From NCBI GenBank assembly GCA_037440005.1, contig JBBIUY010000008.1:1-64000 (forward strand): a stretch of DNA of 64,000 nt. Reading direction: 5' to 3'. The DNA is from Armatimonadota bacterium (GTDB lineage Bacteria; Sysuimicrobiota; Sysuimicrobiia; Sysuimicrobiales; Kaftiobacteriaceae). The notes below the pieces were generated by a model, which was not told the origin of the DNA, did no database searches, and saw only the letters and a program-made list of their open reading frames with translations. A program made the position numbers and the translations under genes. Shown here piece by piece: positions 1 to 8,783 of the stretch. The stretch's first letter is position 1, and each line of letters opens with the position of its first letter.

Positions 1-126
1 GTCGCCCACCGGGACTACACCCTGATCCAGGGGCTGATGCTGCTGGTGGCCGCGGGGTACATCCTGGTCACCTTCCTGCTGGACCTGCTGTACGCCTGGA
101 TCGACCCGCGGGTCTCCTATGACTAG
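1..126 (+). CDS. Peptide/nickel ABC transporter permease (DppB/OppB-like), 3' fragment
   Basis: Frame 1 reads VAHRDYTLIQGLMLLVAAGYILVTFLLDLLYAWIDPRVSYD*, the typical RDY..IQG...DLLYAWxDPR C-terminus of DppB permeases. It overlaps the next start. Confidence 0.85.
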   Translation, partial: VAHRDYTLIQGLMLLVAAGYILVTFLLDLLYAWIDPRVSYD

Positions 127-1018
127 CCCCGCGGTGTCGGTGACGCCGGCGCGGGACCATCCGGTGCCGGCCGCGCGGCCCCGGCGGGGTCCGCTGGCCC
201 GGTTTGCGGCGCGCCACCCCCTGGGGGCCGCGGCCGCCGTCCTCCTGGTGGTGCTGGGGGTCGCGGCGGCCCTGGCCGACTCCGTGGCTCCCTACGACCC
301 GCTGGCCACCGACTTTCTGGCCATGTTCGCCCCGCCGTCGGCGCGGCACTGGCTGGGCACCGACGCCTTCGGCCGGGACGTGCTCAGCCGGATCATCTTC
401 GGCGCCCGCACGGCGCTGCTGGTGGGGGTCCTGTCGGCGGCGGCCGGGGCGACGGCGGGGGGAGTCCTGGGGGTGGTCAGCGCCTACTTCGGGGGCACTA
501 CCGACCTGGTGATCCAGCGCCTGGCCGACATCCTGATCTCGTTCCCCCTGATCGTCCTCGCCCTGGCCATCGTGGCCATCCTGGGGTCGGGGACCGTGAA
601 CCTGATCATCGCCATCGCGCTGTCCTTTGTCCCCCGGGCCGAGCTGGTGGTGCGGGGAGCCGCCCTGGCCGTCCGCCGCATGGCCTACGTGGAGGCCGCC
701 CAGGCCGTCGGTGCCACCGCCGGGCGGATCATCTTCCGCCACCTGGTGCCCAACGTGGTCGCGCCCTACCTGGTGCTGCTGACGGCGTTCGTGGGCCAGG
801 CGATCCTCCTGGAGGCGTCGCTGAGCTTCCTGGGGCTGGGGGTGACCGAACCCACCCCCGCGTGGGGGCTGATGCTGTCGGGGGCGGCGGTGGAGTTCGT
901 CCAGCGGGCGCCGTGGATGGCGGTCTTCCCCGGGCTGGCCATCACCCTGACGGTGCTGGCAGTCAACGTGCTGGGCGACGCCCTGCGGGACGCCCTCGAT
1001 CCCCGCCTGCGGACCTGA
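119..1018 (+). CDS. Peptide/nickel ABC transporter permease (DppC/OppC-like)
   Basis: HWLGTDAFGRDVLSRIIFGAR, EAA loop (YVEAAQAVGA), RHLVPN, C-terminal LGDALRDALDPR. Confidence 0.93.
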   Translation: MTSPAVSVTPARDHPVPAARPRRGPLARFAARHPLGAAAAVLLVVLGVAAALADSVAPYDPLATDFLAMFAPPSARHWLGTDAFGRDVLSRIIFGARTALLVGVLSAAAGATAGGVLGVVSAYFGGTTDLVIQRLADILISFPLIVLALAIVAILGSGTVNLIIAIALSFVPRAELVVRGAALAVRRMAYVEAAQAVGATAGRIIFRHLVPNVVAPYLVLLTAFVGQAILLEASLSFLGLGVTEPTPAWGLMLSGAAVEFVQRAPWMAVFPGLAITLTVLAVNVLGDALRDALDPRLRT

Positions 1019-1025
1019 GCGGACT

Positions 1026-1748
1026 CTAGGCGCTCCCCGCGCGGGGCGGATCCGCCCCGGCCAGGAGGGCGTCCACCACCGGCAGGACCCCGCGCAGGTC
1101 CCCGACCTCCCACGCCGGGACGAAGCGGGGGTCAAACACGGCGTCGCCGGTGCGGTTCACCCACACGGTGGGGATGCCCGCAGCCGTGGCCCCGGCCGCG
1201 TCGGTGGCCGAGCCGGCCACGTGCAGGAGCTCGCGCCGCTGGACCCCCATCCGGGTCACCGCCCGGTCGTACGCCGACGGGTGGGGTTTGAATTTGCCTC
1301 CTTCGGTGGAGACCACCACGTCCACCGCCACCGGCATCCTCGCCAGCAGTGATGTCAGCATGTCCGCGTCCCCGTTGGACAGCACCCCCAGCCGGACCGG
1401 ACGCGCCCGCAGCGCCCGCAGCACCTCCCCGGTCTCCGGCCACGGCGGCAGCCTCTCCCAGGCGGCCACCAGGAACTCCTCCTCGGCCGGGCGCAGGGGT
1501 GGGTCCAGGCCGCGCAGGGTCTGCCGCACCGACGCGGCCAGAGCCGTCCGGTTGCGGGCGGGCTCCCGGTCCAGGGCCGTGGCGACCAGCAGGTAGGTCA
1601 TGTGCCTGCTCCGCCACTGCACGGCCAGCTCCCGGGCCCGCTCCCGCTGCCCCCGCCGGGCCAGCACCTCCTCCAGGGCGGCCTGCAACCCGCCCACGGT
1701 GTCCACCAGGGCCGAGTACACGTCCAGGGTGACCGCACGCAGCGTCAT
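1026..1748 (-). CDS. HAD-superfamily hydrolase, haloacid dehalogenase type II-like
   Basis: Motif I LDVYSALVD, motif II LSNG, KPHP, HVAGSATD, VWVNR. Confidence 0.85.
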   Translation of the reverse strand: MTLRAVTLDVYSALVDTVGGLQAALEEVLARRGQRERARELAVQWRSRHMTYLLVATALDREPARNRTALAASVRQTLRGLDPPLRPAEEEFLVAAWERLPPWPETGEVLRALRARPVRLGVLSNGDADMLTSLLARMPVAVDVVVSTEGGKFKPHPSAYDRAVTRMGVQRRELLHVAGSATDAAGATAAGIPTVWVNRTGDAVFDPRFVPAWEVGDLRGVLPVVDALLAGADPPRAGSA

Positions 1749-1918
1749 CGTCGCCGACGCCCGCCGGGCGTCGTTGCCCGGAGTTGGGCGCAGGGGGAAC
1801 GGTTCCCTGCGCGGCGTACTAGAAAAGTGGTGAATGTCGCAGTGGATCCCGACCCGAGCCGTCCGGGCCCGCGGCGCCGGGCGGCCCCGGAGAGTCCATC
1901 CCAGGAGGTGACCGCCCG

Positions 1919-2755
1919 ATGGCCCTCGCGCCCTTTGACCTGAGTCGGTGCCGCGTGCTGGATCTCAGCCAGAACTTCAGCATCGACTCGCCGCCCTTCG
2001 CCTACTACGAGGGGCCCAAGATCACCTGGGTCAAGAAGATCGCCTTCGAAGGCGTCAACGCTCAGCACATCTCCACCACCAACCACATCGCCACCCACCT
2101 GGACTCGCCCCTGCACTTCTACGACCCGGGCCCGGACGTGGCCGGCATCCCCATCGAGCAGCTGGTGGGGCCGGCCTGCGTGGTGGACCTGCAGCAGTTC
2201 GGGATTGGCGACTACGACATCTACGGCCCCGACCACTTCGAGGCGTGGGAGCGCAAGTACAACATCCGCATCGAGCGCGGCGACATCCTGGTGATCCACA
2301 CCGGCTACCACGCCTACTACAACGAGGACTGGTCCCCCCACACCCGGGCCCAGCACCCCGACGCCCGCCCGGACCTGCCCCGGGCGTTTTTGCGCCACCC
2401 GGGCCCGCGGGCGGAGTTCTGCCGGTGGGTCCTGGACCGGGGGATCCGCTGGATGGCCGTCGACGCCATCAGCACCGACCACCCCTTCAACACCAAGGTC
2501 CGGGACGCCCGGCGGGACCTGATTCCGGAGGTGGAGCGCAAGATCGGCATGTCCCTGGAGGAGGCGTTCCCCTGGCCCCGGGACTACCAGGCGACCCACA
2601 CCCTGCTGTTCCCCCGGGGGGTGTTCCACATCGAGAACGCGGGCGGCCACATCGACCTGATCCTCAACCAGCGGGTGTGGGTGGGGGCGTTCCCCTTCCG
2701 GTTCAAGGGCGGGGAGGCGGCCTTCTGCCGGTTCGTGGCCTTCGTGGAGGCCTGA
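1919..2755 (+). CDS. Cyclase family metal-dependent hydrolase (kynurenine formamidase-like)
   Basis: HIATHLDSPLHF matches HxGTHxDxPxH; GDILVIHTG; HIEN; GGAGG RBS upstream. Confidence 0.88.
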   Translation: MALAPFDLSRCRVLDLSQNFSIDSPPFAYYEGPKITWVKKIAFEGVNAQHISTTNHIATHLDSPLHFYDPGPDVAGIPIEQLVGPACVVDLQQFGIGDYDIYGPDHFEAWERKYNIRIERGDILVIHTGYHAYYNEDWSPHTRAQHPDARPDLPRAFLRHPGPRAEFCRWVLDRGIRWMAVDAISTDHPFNTKVRDARRDLIPEVERKIGMSLEEAFPWPRDYQATHTLLFPRGVFHIENAGGHIDLILNQRVWVGAFPFRFKGGEAAFCRFVAFVEA

Positions 2756-2841
2756 GGGATGCGGAGCCGGTGGCCGCGGGCCCGGCGAGACCGTCGCGCG
2801 GGCGGGCGGGGTACGTCTCCGGCGAAAGGGCGCGGGCGGCG

Positions 2842-4023
2842 ATGATGCCTCTGGACGACCTGCTGGTGGTGGACCTGACCCGGGCCCTGGCCGGCCCGTT
2901 CTGCACTTTGATGCTGTCCGACCTGGGGGCGCGGGTGATCAAGGTGGAGAGCCCCGACGGCGGGGACGACACCCGCGGGTGGGGCCCGCCCTTCGTGGGC
3001 ACCGAGAGCGCCTACTTCCTCAGCGTGAACCGCAACAAGGAGAGCCTGACCCTCAACCTGAAGGACCCCCGGGGCGTGGCCATCCTGCGCCGGCTGCTGG
3101 CGCGGGCCGACGTCCTGGTGGAGAACTTCCGCCCGGGCACCATGGAGCGGTGGGGCCTGGGGTACCCCGAGGTGCACGCCCAGTTCCCCCGCCTGGTGTA
3201 CGCCAGCATCTCGGGGTTCGGACAGGACGGACCCTACCGCGAGCGGGCGGCCTACGACCTGATCCTCCAGGGGCTGGGCGGGCTGATGAGCATCACCGGC
3301 GAGGAGGACGGGCCTCCGGTGAAGGTGGGGGTGGCCATCGCCGACATCTGCGCCGGGATGTACGCCGCGTTCGGCATCCTGGCGGCGCTGCGGGCCCGGG
3401 AGCGCACCGGCGTCGGCCAGCAGGTGGACGCGGCGCTACTGGACGGCCAGGTGAGCTGGCTGACCTACGCGGCGGCCATCTACTTTGCCACGGGCGAGAG
3501 CATGGGCCGCCTGGGCAGCGCCCACCCCACCATCGTGCCCTACCAGGCGTTCCGCACCGCCGACGGCTATCTCAACGTGGCGGTGGGCAGCGAGGCCATC
3601 TGGAAACGGTTCTGCGAGGCGGTGGATCCCTCCCTGGCCGCCGATCCCCGCTACGCCACCAACCGGGACCGGGTGGCCCACCGCCGGGAGCTGGTGGCGC
3701 ACCTCGGCCGGCTGTTTGCCGCCCGGACCACCGCCGCCTGGATGGAGATCCTCGACGCGGCCGGGGTTCCCAACGGCCCCATCCTGACCATCGCCGAGGT
3801 GCTGACGCACCCGCAGGTCCTCCACCGGCAGATGGTGGCGGAGATGGACCACCCCACCGCCGGCCGCATCCGGCAGACGGGCCTGCCGGTGAAGCTGTCG
3901 GAGACCCCGGGCCGCCTGCGGACGCCGCCGCCGACGTTGGGCCAGCACACCGCCGCCGTCCTGCGGGAACTGGGGCTCTCCGAGGCGGAGATCGCTGCCC
4001 TGCGGGCCGACGGCGTGGTCTGA
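2842..4023 (+). CDS. Class III CoA-transferase (CaiB/BaiF family)
   Basis: VVDLTRALAGPFCTLMLSDLGARVIKVE, NRNKES, ENFRPG, catalytic Asp in IADICAG, PPTLGQHT. Start re-chosen at the ATGATG at 2842. Confidence 0.93.
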   Translation: MMPLDDLLVVDLTRALAGPFCTLMLSDLGARVIKVESPDGGDDTRGWGPPFVGTESAYFLSVNRNKESLTLNLKDPRGVAILRRLLARADVLVENFRPGTMERWGLGYPEVHAQFPRLVYASISGFGQDGPYRERAAYDLILQGLGGLMSITGEEDGPPVKVGVAIADICAGMYAAFGILAALRARERTGVGQQVDAALLDGQVSWLTYAAAIYFATGESMGRLGSAHPTIVPYQAFRTADGYLNVAVGSEAIWKRFCEAVDPSLAADPRYATNRDRVAHRRELVAHLGRLFAARTTAAWMEILDAAGVPNGPILTIAEVLTHPQVLHRQMVAEMDHPTAGRIRQTGLPVKLSETPGRLRTPPPTLGQHTAAVLRELGLSEAEIAALRADGVV

Positions 4024-4108
4024 CTGACGCCGGGCGGCTTTCGGGGATAACTTAAGGGAGAGAACAGCCACCCCCCTTCCGTCGTGCGGCGCGCCGGAGG
4101 CGAGACGG

Positions 4109-4182
4109 CGGATTTCGGGGTCAGACGCCTTTCGTCGGCGGGACCCGGATTTCCGGGTCAGACCCCCGCTGTCGGCGGGACC
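4109..4182 (+). repeat. Two tandem 37-bp imperfect direct repeats with a GGGTCAGAC core (REP-like)
   Basis: CGGATTTCGGGGTCAGACGCCTTTCGTCGGCGGGACC (4109-4145) and CGGATTTCCGGGTCAGACCCCCGCTGTCGGCGGGACC (4146-4182). Confidence 0.75.
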
Positions 4183-4226
4183 GGCGCCCCGGTGGGGGCG
4201 GACGGCGGAGAGGTGAGAGAACGCAG

Positions 4227-5975
4227 ATGGCACCTCCGGTCGGTCGTGATGCCTCCGCGGCCGCGGCTGCGGTGAACTGCCCGCAGTGCGCCGCGACGCT
4301 GGCGGCGCAGGTCCTGCGGGAGGCGCTGTACGTCTGCCCGTCCTGCCAGGCGCACCTGCACATGCCGGCCCGGGAGCGCATCGCCGCGCTGGCCGACCCG
4401 CGCTCGTTCCGGGAGTTCGACCGGGGGCTGGTGTCGGTGGACCCGCTGCGGTTCACCGACCGCCGCTCCTACCGGGACCGTCTGGCCGAGGCCCGGCGGC
4501 GCACCGGGCTGCGGGAGGCGGCGGTGGTGGGCGAGGCGCGGCTGCTGGGCCGGCGGGTGGTGCTGGTGGTCCTGGACTTCCACTTCCTGGGAGGCACCAT
4601 GGGCTCGGTGGTGGGCGAGAAGGTCGCCGACGCCTTCGAGCACGCCACCCGGCGGCGGCTGCCGGTGGTCAGCGTCGTCAGCAGCGGCGGGGCCCGGATG
4701 CAGGAGGGGATGCTCTCCCTGATGCAGATGGCCAAGACCGCCGCCGCCCGGGCCGCCCACGACCGCGCGGGGCTGGCCCACATCGCGGTGCTGACCGATC
4801 CCACCTTTGGCGGCGTGGCGGCCAGTTTCGCCTCCCTGGGAGACGTGCTGATCGCCGAGCCCGGCGCCCAGATCGGGTTTGTCGGTCCCCGGGTCATCGA
4901 CCTGACCCTGGGCGAGCCCCAGCCGCCGGACTCCCACCGGGCCGAAACGCTGTTCCGCGCCGGCCTGCTGGACCTGGTGGTGCCGCGGCCCGCCCTGCGG
5001 CCCACCCTGGGCTACCTGGTGGGCCACCTCACCCGGCCGCCCCGGGCCCGCCGCCGCCGGCCCGTCCTCTCCGACGCGATCCGCCGCCGCCCCCGCCCCG
5101 CGCCCGAGCCGTCCTGGCAGGCGGTGCAGCTGGCCCGCCACCCCCAGCGCCCCACCGCCCTGAGTTACATCGAACGCCTGTGCACCCGCTTTGTCGAGCT
5201 CCACGGCGACCGGCAGTCCGGCGACGACCCGGCGGTGGTGGCCGGGGTGGGCGAGATGGACGGCCGCCCGGTGGTGATCGTCGCCCACGAGCGCGGCCGC
5301 ACGCCCGACGAACAGGACCTCCGGCGCCGGGGCATGCCTTTCCCCGAAGGGTACCGCAAGGCGCTGCGGGTCCTGCAACTGGCCGGCAAGTTCGGCCTGC
5401 CGGTGCTGACGCTGATCGACACCCCGGGGGCCTACCCGGGCTACCAGGCCGAGCAGCACGGCATCGCCCAGGCCCTGGCCGCCAACCTGCAGGCGATGGC
5501 GTCCCTGCCCACGCCCATCGTCTCCGTGGTGATCGGCGAAGGAGGCAGCGGCGGGGCCCTGGCTCTGGGCGTGGGGGACCGGGTGCTGATGCAGGAGCAC
5601 GCCATCTACTCGGTAATCTCCCCCGAAGGGGCGGCCGCCATCCTGTTCCGGGACGCGTCCCGGGTGGCGGAGGTGGCCGAAGCCCTCAAGATCACCGCCG
5701 AGGACCTGCTGCGCCTGGGCATCATCGACGGGATCGTGCCCGAGCCGGCGGGCGGGGCCCACACCGACCCGGAAGGGGCCGCCCGGCTGCTGGGCCGGGC
5801 GGTGACTGCGGCTTTGGAGGAGGTGGCGGGGGTGGCGCCCCCGGTCCTGGTGCGGCGGCGCTACCGGCGGTACCGCCACATCGGCGAGGTGGGGGTGTAC
5901 TGGCGGCAGGTGGTCCGGGAGGAGATGCAGGAGCTGCTGGACAGCCTGGAGCAGCGGCTGCGCGCCCGCGCCTGA
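4227..5975 (+). CDS. accDA: Fused acetyl-CoA carboxylase carboxyltransferase beta+alpha (AccD-AccA)
   Basis: Beta part: CPQC..CPSC zinc finger, GGTMGSVVGEK, SGGARMQEG, PTFGGV. Alpha part: ARHPQRP, ELHGDR, PEGYRKA, IDTPGAYPG, GEGGSGGA, YSVISPEG. Confidence 0.93.
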   Translation: MAPPVGRDASAAAAAVNCPQCAATLAAQVLREALYVCPSCQAHLHMPARERIAALADPRSFREFDRGLVSVDPLRFTDRRSYRDRLAEARRRTGLREAAVVGEARLLGRRVVLVVLDFHFLGGTMGSVVGEKVADAFEHATRRRLPVVSVVSSGGARMQEGMLSLMQMAKTAAARAAHDRAGLAHIAVLTDPTFGGVAASFASLGDVLIAEPGAQIGFVGPRVIDLTLGEPQPPDSHRAETLFRAGLLDLVVPRPALRPTLGYLVGHLTRPPRARRRRPVLSDAIRRRPRPAPEPSWQAVQLARHPQRPTALSYIERLCTRFVELHGDRQSGDDPAVVAGVGEMDGRPVVIVAHERGRTPDEQDLRRRGMPFPEGYRKALRVLQLAGKFGLPVLTLIDTPGAYPGYQAEQHGIAQALAANLQAMASLPTPIVSVVIGEGGSGGALALGVGDRVLMQEHAIYSVISPEGAAAILFRDASRVAEVAEALKITAEDLLRLGIIDGIVPEPAGGAHTDPEGAARLLGRAVTAALEEVAGVAPPVLVRRRYRRYRHIGEVGVYWRQVVREEMQELLDSLEQRLRARA

Positions 5976-5997
5976 CCGGTGCGCGGCGGACGTCCTC

Positions 5998-7083
5998 CTA
6001 CCTCAGCGTCTGCGGCCTGATGGTGCCGGTGAGCACGCGCTCCACTGCGCCCTGGTCCGAGATCAGGTACAGGGCGGGGACACCGGGAGTCAGACCGTAC
6101 TGCCGGGCCACCTGGGGGGTGCCGAACAACAGCGGCACGCGCACCGGCCAGGCGGCCAAAAAAGCGCGCACGGCCGTCCGGTCGGCGGCCATGACCACCA
6201 CCAGCCCGGCCAGCGCCGGGGCCCGCCGCACCCGGCCGTCCAGGTCGCGGATAATTTGCTGTTCGTCGGGTCCCAGGCCCCACACAAACAGGACTGCGGT
6301 CCGCTGTCCTCGATACGCCTGTAGCCGGTAGATGACCCCCAGCCGGTCCTTCAGCGAAAACGGCGGCGCAGGCGTGCCGGCCGCCAGGGGCCGCGCGGCC
6401 TGCAGGCGGGGTGGTGGAGGTGTGGCAGGGGCGGGGCGGGGCCGCGTCCGCGCGGGCGCGGGAGTCAGGGCGACCTCCACCGTCGCGTCCGAGTGCCCCA
6501 CCTCCACGGTGCGCACCACCGGCGCGTATCCGGCGCGCGCCACCTTGACCCGGTAGGTGCCCGGTTCCAGGCCGGTGAGGACCAGCGGGGTGTAGCCGGC
6601 CTGCCGGTCGTTGAGGTATACTGCGGCCCCTGCCGGGGTGGACAGGACGGTGAGCGAGGTCGCCGCGGGTACGGGGACGGACGCCTCGGGGGGAGGGAGG
6701 GCGGCCTGCGGTGGCGGGACCGGCGGCTGGTGCTGCACCAGGTCCCGGCCCCAGCTCACCGCCCGCTGCACCGTCTGCCCGGCCCCGACGTGGAGCGCCC
6801 GCAGGGCGGGCACCCGCGCGCTCACCGACGGCAGGCCGCCCAGGGCAGCCAGGGCCACCGCCCCGGCCGCCGTTCCCACCACGACCGCCAGGACCCACCG
6901 GACTCCCGCGCCCCGCCGCGAGGGAGACAGCGGCCTCACGTTGGTGGACAACAGCACCCCCGTGCGGGACAGGTCGGTGCCGCAGTGCTCGCAGTATAGG
7001 GCGCCGGCCGCCAGCCGCGACCCGCAGATCGGACAGGACTGCTCCTTTTTGGGCGTCGCCGCAAACGAACGCGCGTCCCCCAC
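5998..7083 (-). CDS. Membrane-anchored protein: zinc ribbon, TM helix, PEGA domain, thioredoxin/AhpC-like domain
   Basis: CPICG..YCEHCG; hydrophobic helix; STPAGAAVYLN..GYTP..LEPGTYRVKV..GY (PEGA); GTPAPPFSLKD...YRGQRTAVLFVW...YG..GVPALYLI (redoxin fold). Confidence 0.75.
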   Translation of the reverse strand: MGDARSFAATPKKEQSCPICGSRLAAGALYCEHCGTDLSRTGVLLSTNVRPLSPSRRGAGVRWVLAVVVGTAAGAVALAALGGLPSVSARVPALRALHVGAGQTVQRAVSWGRDLVQHQPPVPPPQAALPPPEASVPVPAATSLTVLSTPAGAAVYLNDRQAGYTPLVLTGLEPGTYRVKVARAGYAPVVRTVEVGHSDATVEVALTPAPARTRPRPAPATPPPPRLQAARPLAAGTPAPPFSLKDRLGVIYRLQAYRGQRTAVLFVWGLGPDEQQIIRDLDGRVRRAPALAGLVVVMAADRTAVRAFLAAWPVRVPLLFGTPQVARQYGLTPGVPALYLISDQGAVERVLTGTIRPQTLR

Positions 7084-7136
7084 CGGGGCCGACCTCCTCC
7101 TACAACCATGCCCGCCGGACGCGCGCTTTGGACGTG

Positions 7137-7242
7137 GGGATGAGGGAAGAGGGACGAGGGACGAGGGAAGAGGGAAAAAGGAAAAGGGAAAAGGGATATC
7201 GGGGGAAGCCCGCGTGCGGCCCTTCCCTCTTCCCTCTTCCCT
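7137..7242. repeat. Polypurine heptamer tandem repeat (GAGGGAA/GGGAAAA) followed by a complementary pyrimidine tract
   Basis: About 8 units at 7137-7196, then CTTCCCTCTTCCCTCTTCCCT at ~7222-7242, which can fold back on them. Confidence 0.8.
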
Positions 7243-7255
7243 GTAGTCTCGCGCG

Positions 7256-7711
7256 TTACTGCGCCACCAGCTTCATCAGCTCGGCGACCCCGCGGGCGGC
7301 GGCCTTGGCTTGGTCCAGCGCCTGGGCCTTCAGGCCGGCCACCGCCAGGTCGTCGGCCGCCTGCGCCACCAGCAGCCACGCCCTCCCCTGGGGGTCGGCC
7401 TGCAGATCCGCCAGGACGCCCGCCCCCTGGCCCCGGCAGGGATTGTCCCAGGCGGGGTTGACGTTCTTGCCCTTCGGCCCCTCGATGCACGCGATGGCGT
7501 GGCCCAGGTGCTCCCGCACGTAGCTCACCGACGTGCCCTCCGAGGCGAAGGAAGCGTGGGCGGCGGCGGTGCGGGCCTGGGCTTTGTAGGCCCCGGCGGC
7601 CGGGGCCGCCTGCTGCGGCTGGGTCTGGGTGTGGTACGGGGCGTACGCCGCCGCAGCCAGGCCGGCCACCATCGCCGCGGAAGCGAGGACGACGAGAACC
7701 GGACGCGCCAT
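7256..7711 (-). CDS. Hypothetical secreted protein
   Basis: Signal-like N-terminus MARPVLVVLASAAMVAGLAAAA; helical body with two Cys (HAIACIEG, NPCRGQG). Confidence 0.7.
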   Translation of the reverse strand: MARPVLVVLASAAMVAGLAAAAYAPYHTQTQPQQAAPAAGAYKAQARTAAAHASFASEGTSVSYVREHLGHAIACIEGPKGKNVNPAWDNPCRGQGAGVLADLQADPQGRAWLLVAQAADDLAVAGLKAQALDQAKAAARGVAELMKLVAQ

Positions 7712-7851
7712 GGTCACACCCCCCACCCGCAGACTGTGATGCACCATCCTCACAGATATGTCACGAGCGCCGCGGAGGCGACGGGGACCGTCCGGGAGCA
7801 GGCGTCCCGGCGATGACGGAGTCCCGCCTCCCGCGCGGGCGGAGAGGCGTC

Positions 7852-8757
7852 TCAGTCGGACGCCGGAGCCGCCGGGGCGGCGCGTCGGGCGGGGAGGTCG
7901 GGGACCTGCACCAGAATCACCCCGGCCAGGATGGCCAGGGCCCCCGCCGCCTGGACGCCGCCCAGGGTGTCGCCCAGGATCACGGCGGCTGCGGCGCTGC
8001 CCACCACCGGCTCCACCGTGGCGGTCAGGCTGGCCACGGTGCCGCTAACCGACCGCAGGCCGTGCAGGAACAGGCCGAACGGCACCACAGTGGCGCAGAC
8101 CACGATGGAGGCCATCAGGGCCCACTCGGCCGCCCCGTACCCGCGCCCGTAGGCCGACCAGGGAGGGACGAGCAAGCTCCAGGCCGCCGCGCCGGTTCCC
8201 AGCGCGTACAGCAGCATCCGGCGCGCCCCCACCTGCGGGGCGAGCCCCCGGCCCAGGATCACGTAGGCGCCGAAGGCGACCGCCGAGCCGATCCCGCTCA
8301 GCACGCCCAGCGGGTGCGCGCGGATGCCCGCGCCGCCGGTGACCAGAAGGTACGCTCCCCCCAGGGCCAGCACGATGGCGACGGCCCGCCGGGGCGTCAC
8401 CGACTCGCGTCCGACCAGCCGGCCGTACACGGCCACCAGCACCGGCGCCGTGTACTGCAGGAAGAGGGCGGTGGGCACGCCGGCCAGGTGGATGGCCAGG
8501 TAGTAAGCGCTCTGGGCGCCCGTCATGGCCAGCCCCAGCAGGACCAGCGGGCGCACCACCGCGCCGGGCACACGGACGGGTCGTGTGGTCGCCAAAGACA
8601 GCGCCAGCAGGACCGCCCACGCCGCCGTCAGACGGATCTCCACCAGCGCCCACGGGTCGACGCCGCGGGTGAACAGGACCTTGGCCACCACCCCGAACAG
8701 GCCCCACAGGGTGGCAGCCCCCGCCACGCAGAGCACCCCGCGCACGCGGTCGGTCAT
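7852..8757 (-). CDS. DMT/EamA family transporter
   Basis: About 10 hydrophobic segments; LWG, LQYTAPVLV, EPV..A...LGD. Start at ATG 8757 (MTDRVRG). Confidence 0.9.
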   Translation of the reverse strand: MTDRVRGVLCVAGAATLWGLFGVVAKVLFTRGVDPWALVEIRLTAAWAVLLALSLATTRPVRVPGAVVRPLVLLGLAMTGAQSAYYLAIHLAGVPTALFLQYTAPVLVAVYGRLVGRESVTPRRAVAIVLALGGAYLLVTGGAGIRAHPLGVLSGIGSAVAFGAYVILGRGLAPQVGARRMLLYALGTGAAAWSLLVPPWSAYGRGYGAAEWALMASIVVCATVVPFGLFLHGLRSVSGTVASLTATVEPVVGSAAAAVILGDTLGGVQAAGALAILAGVILVQVPDLPARRAAPAAPASD

Positions 8758-8783
8758 CGGCCGGCGAGCTCGGTCTCCTGCGG

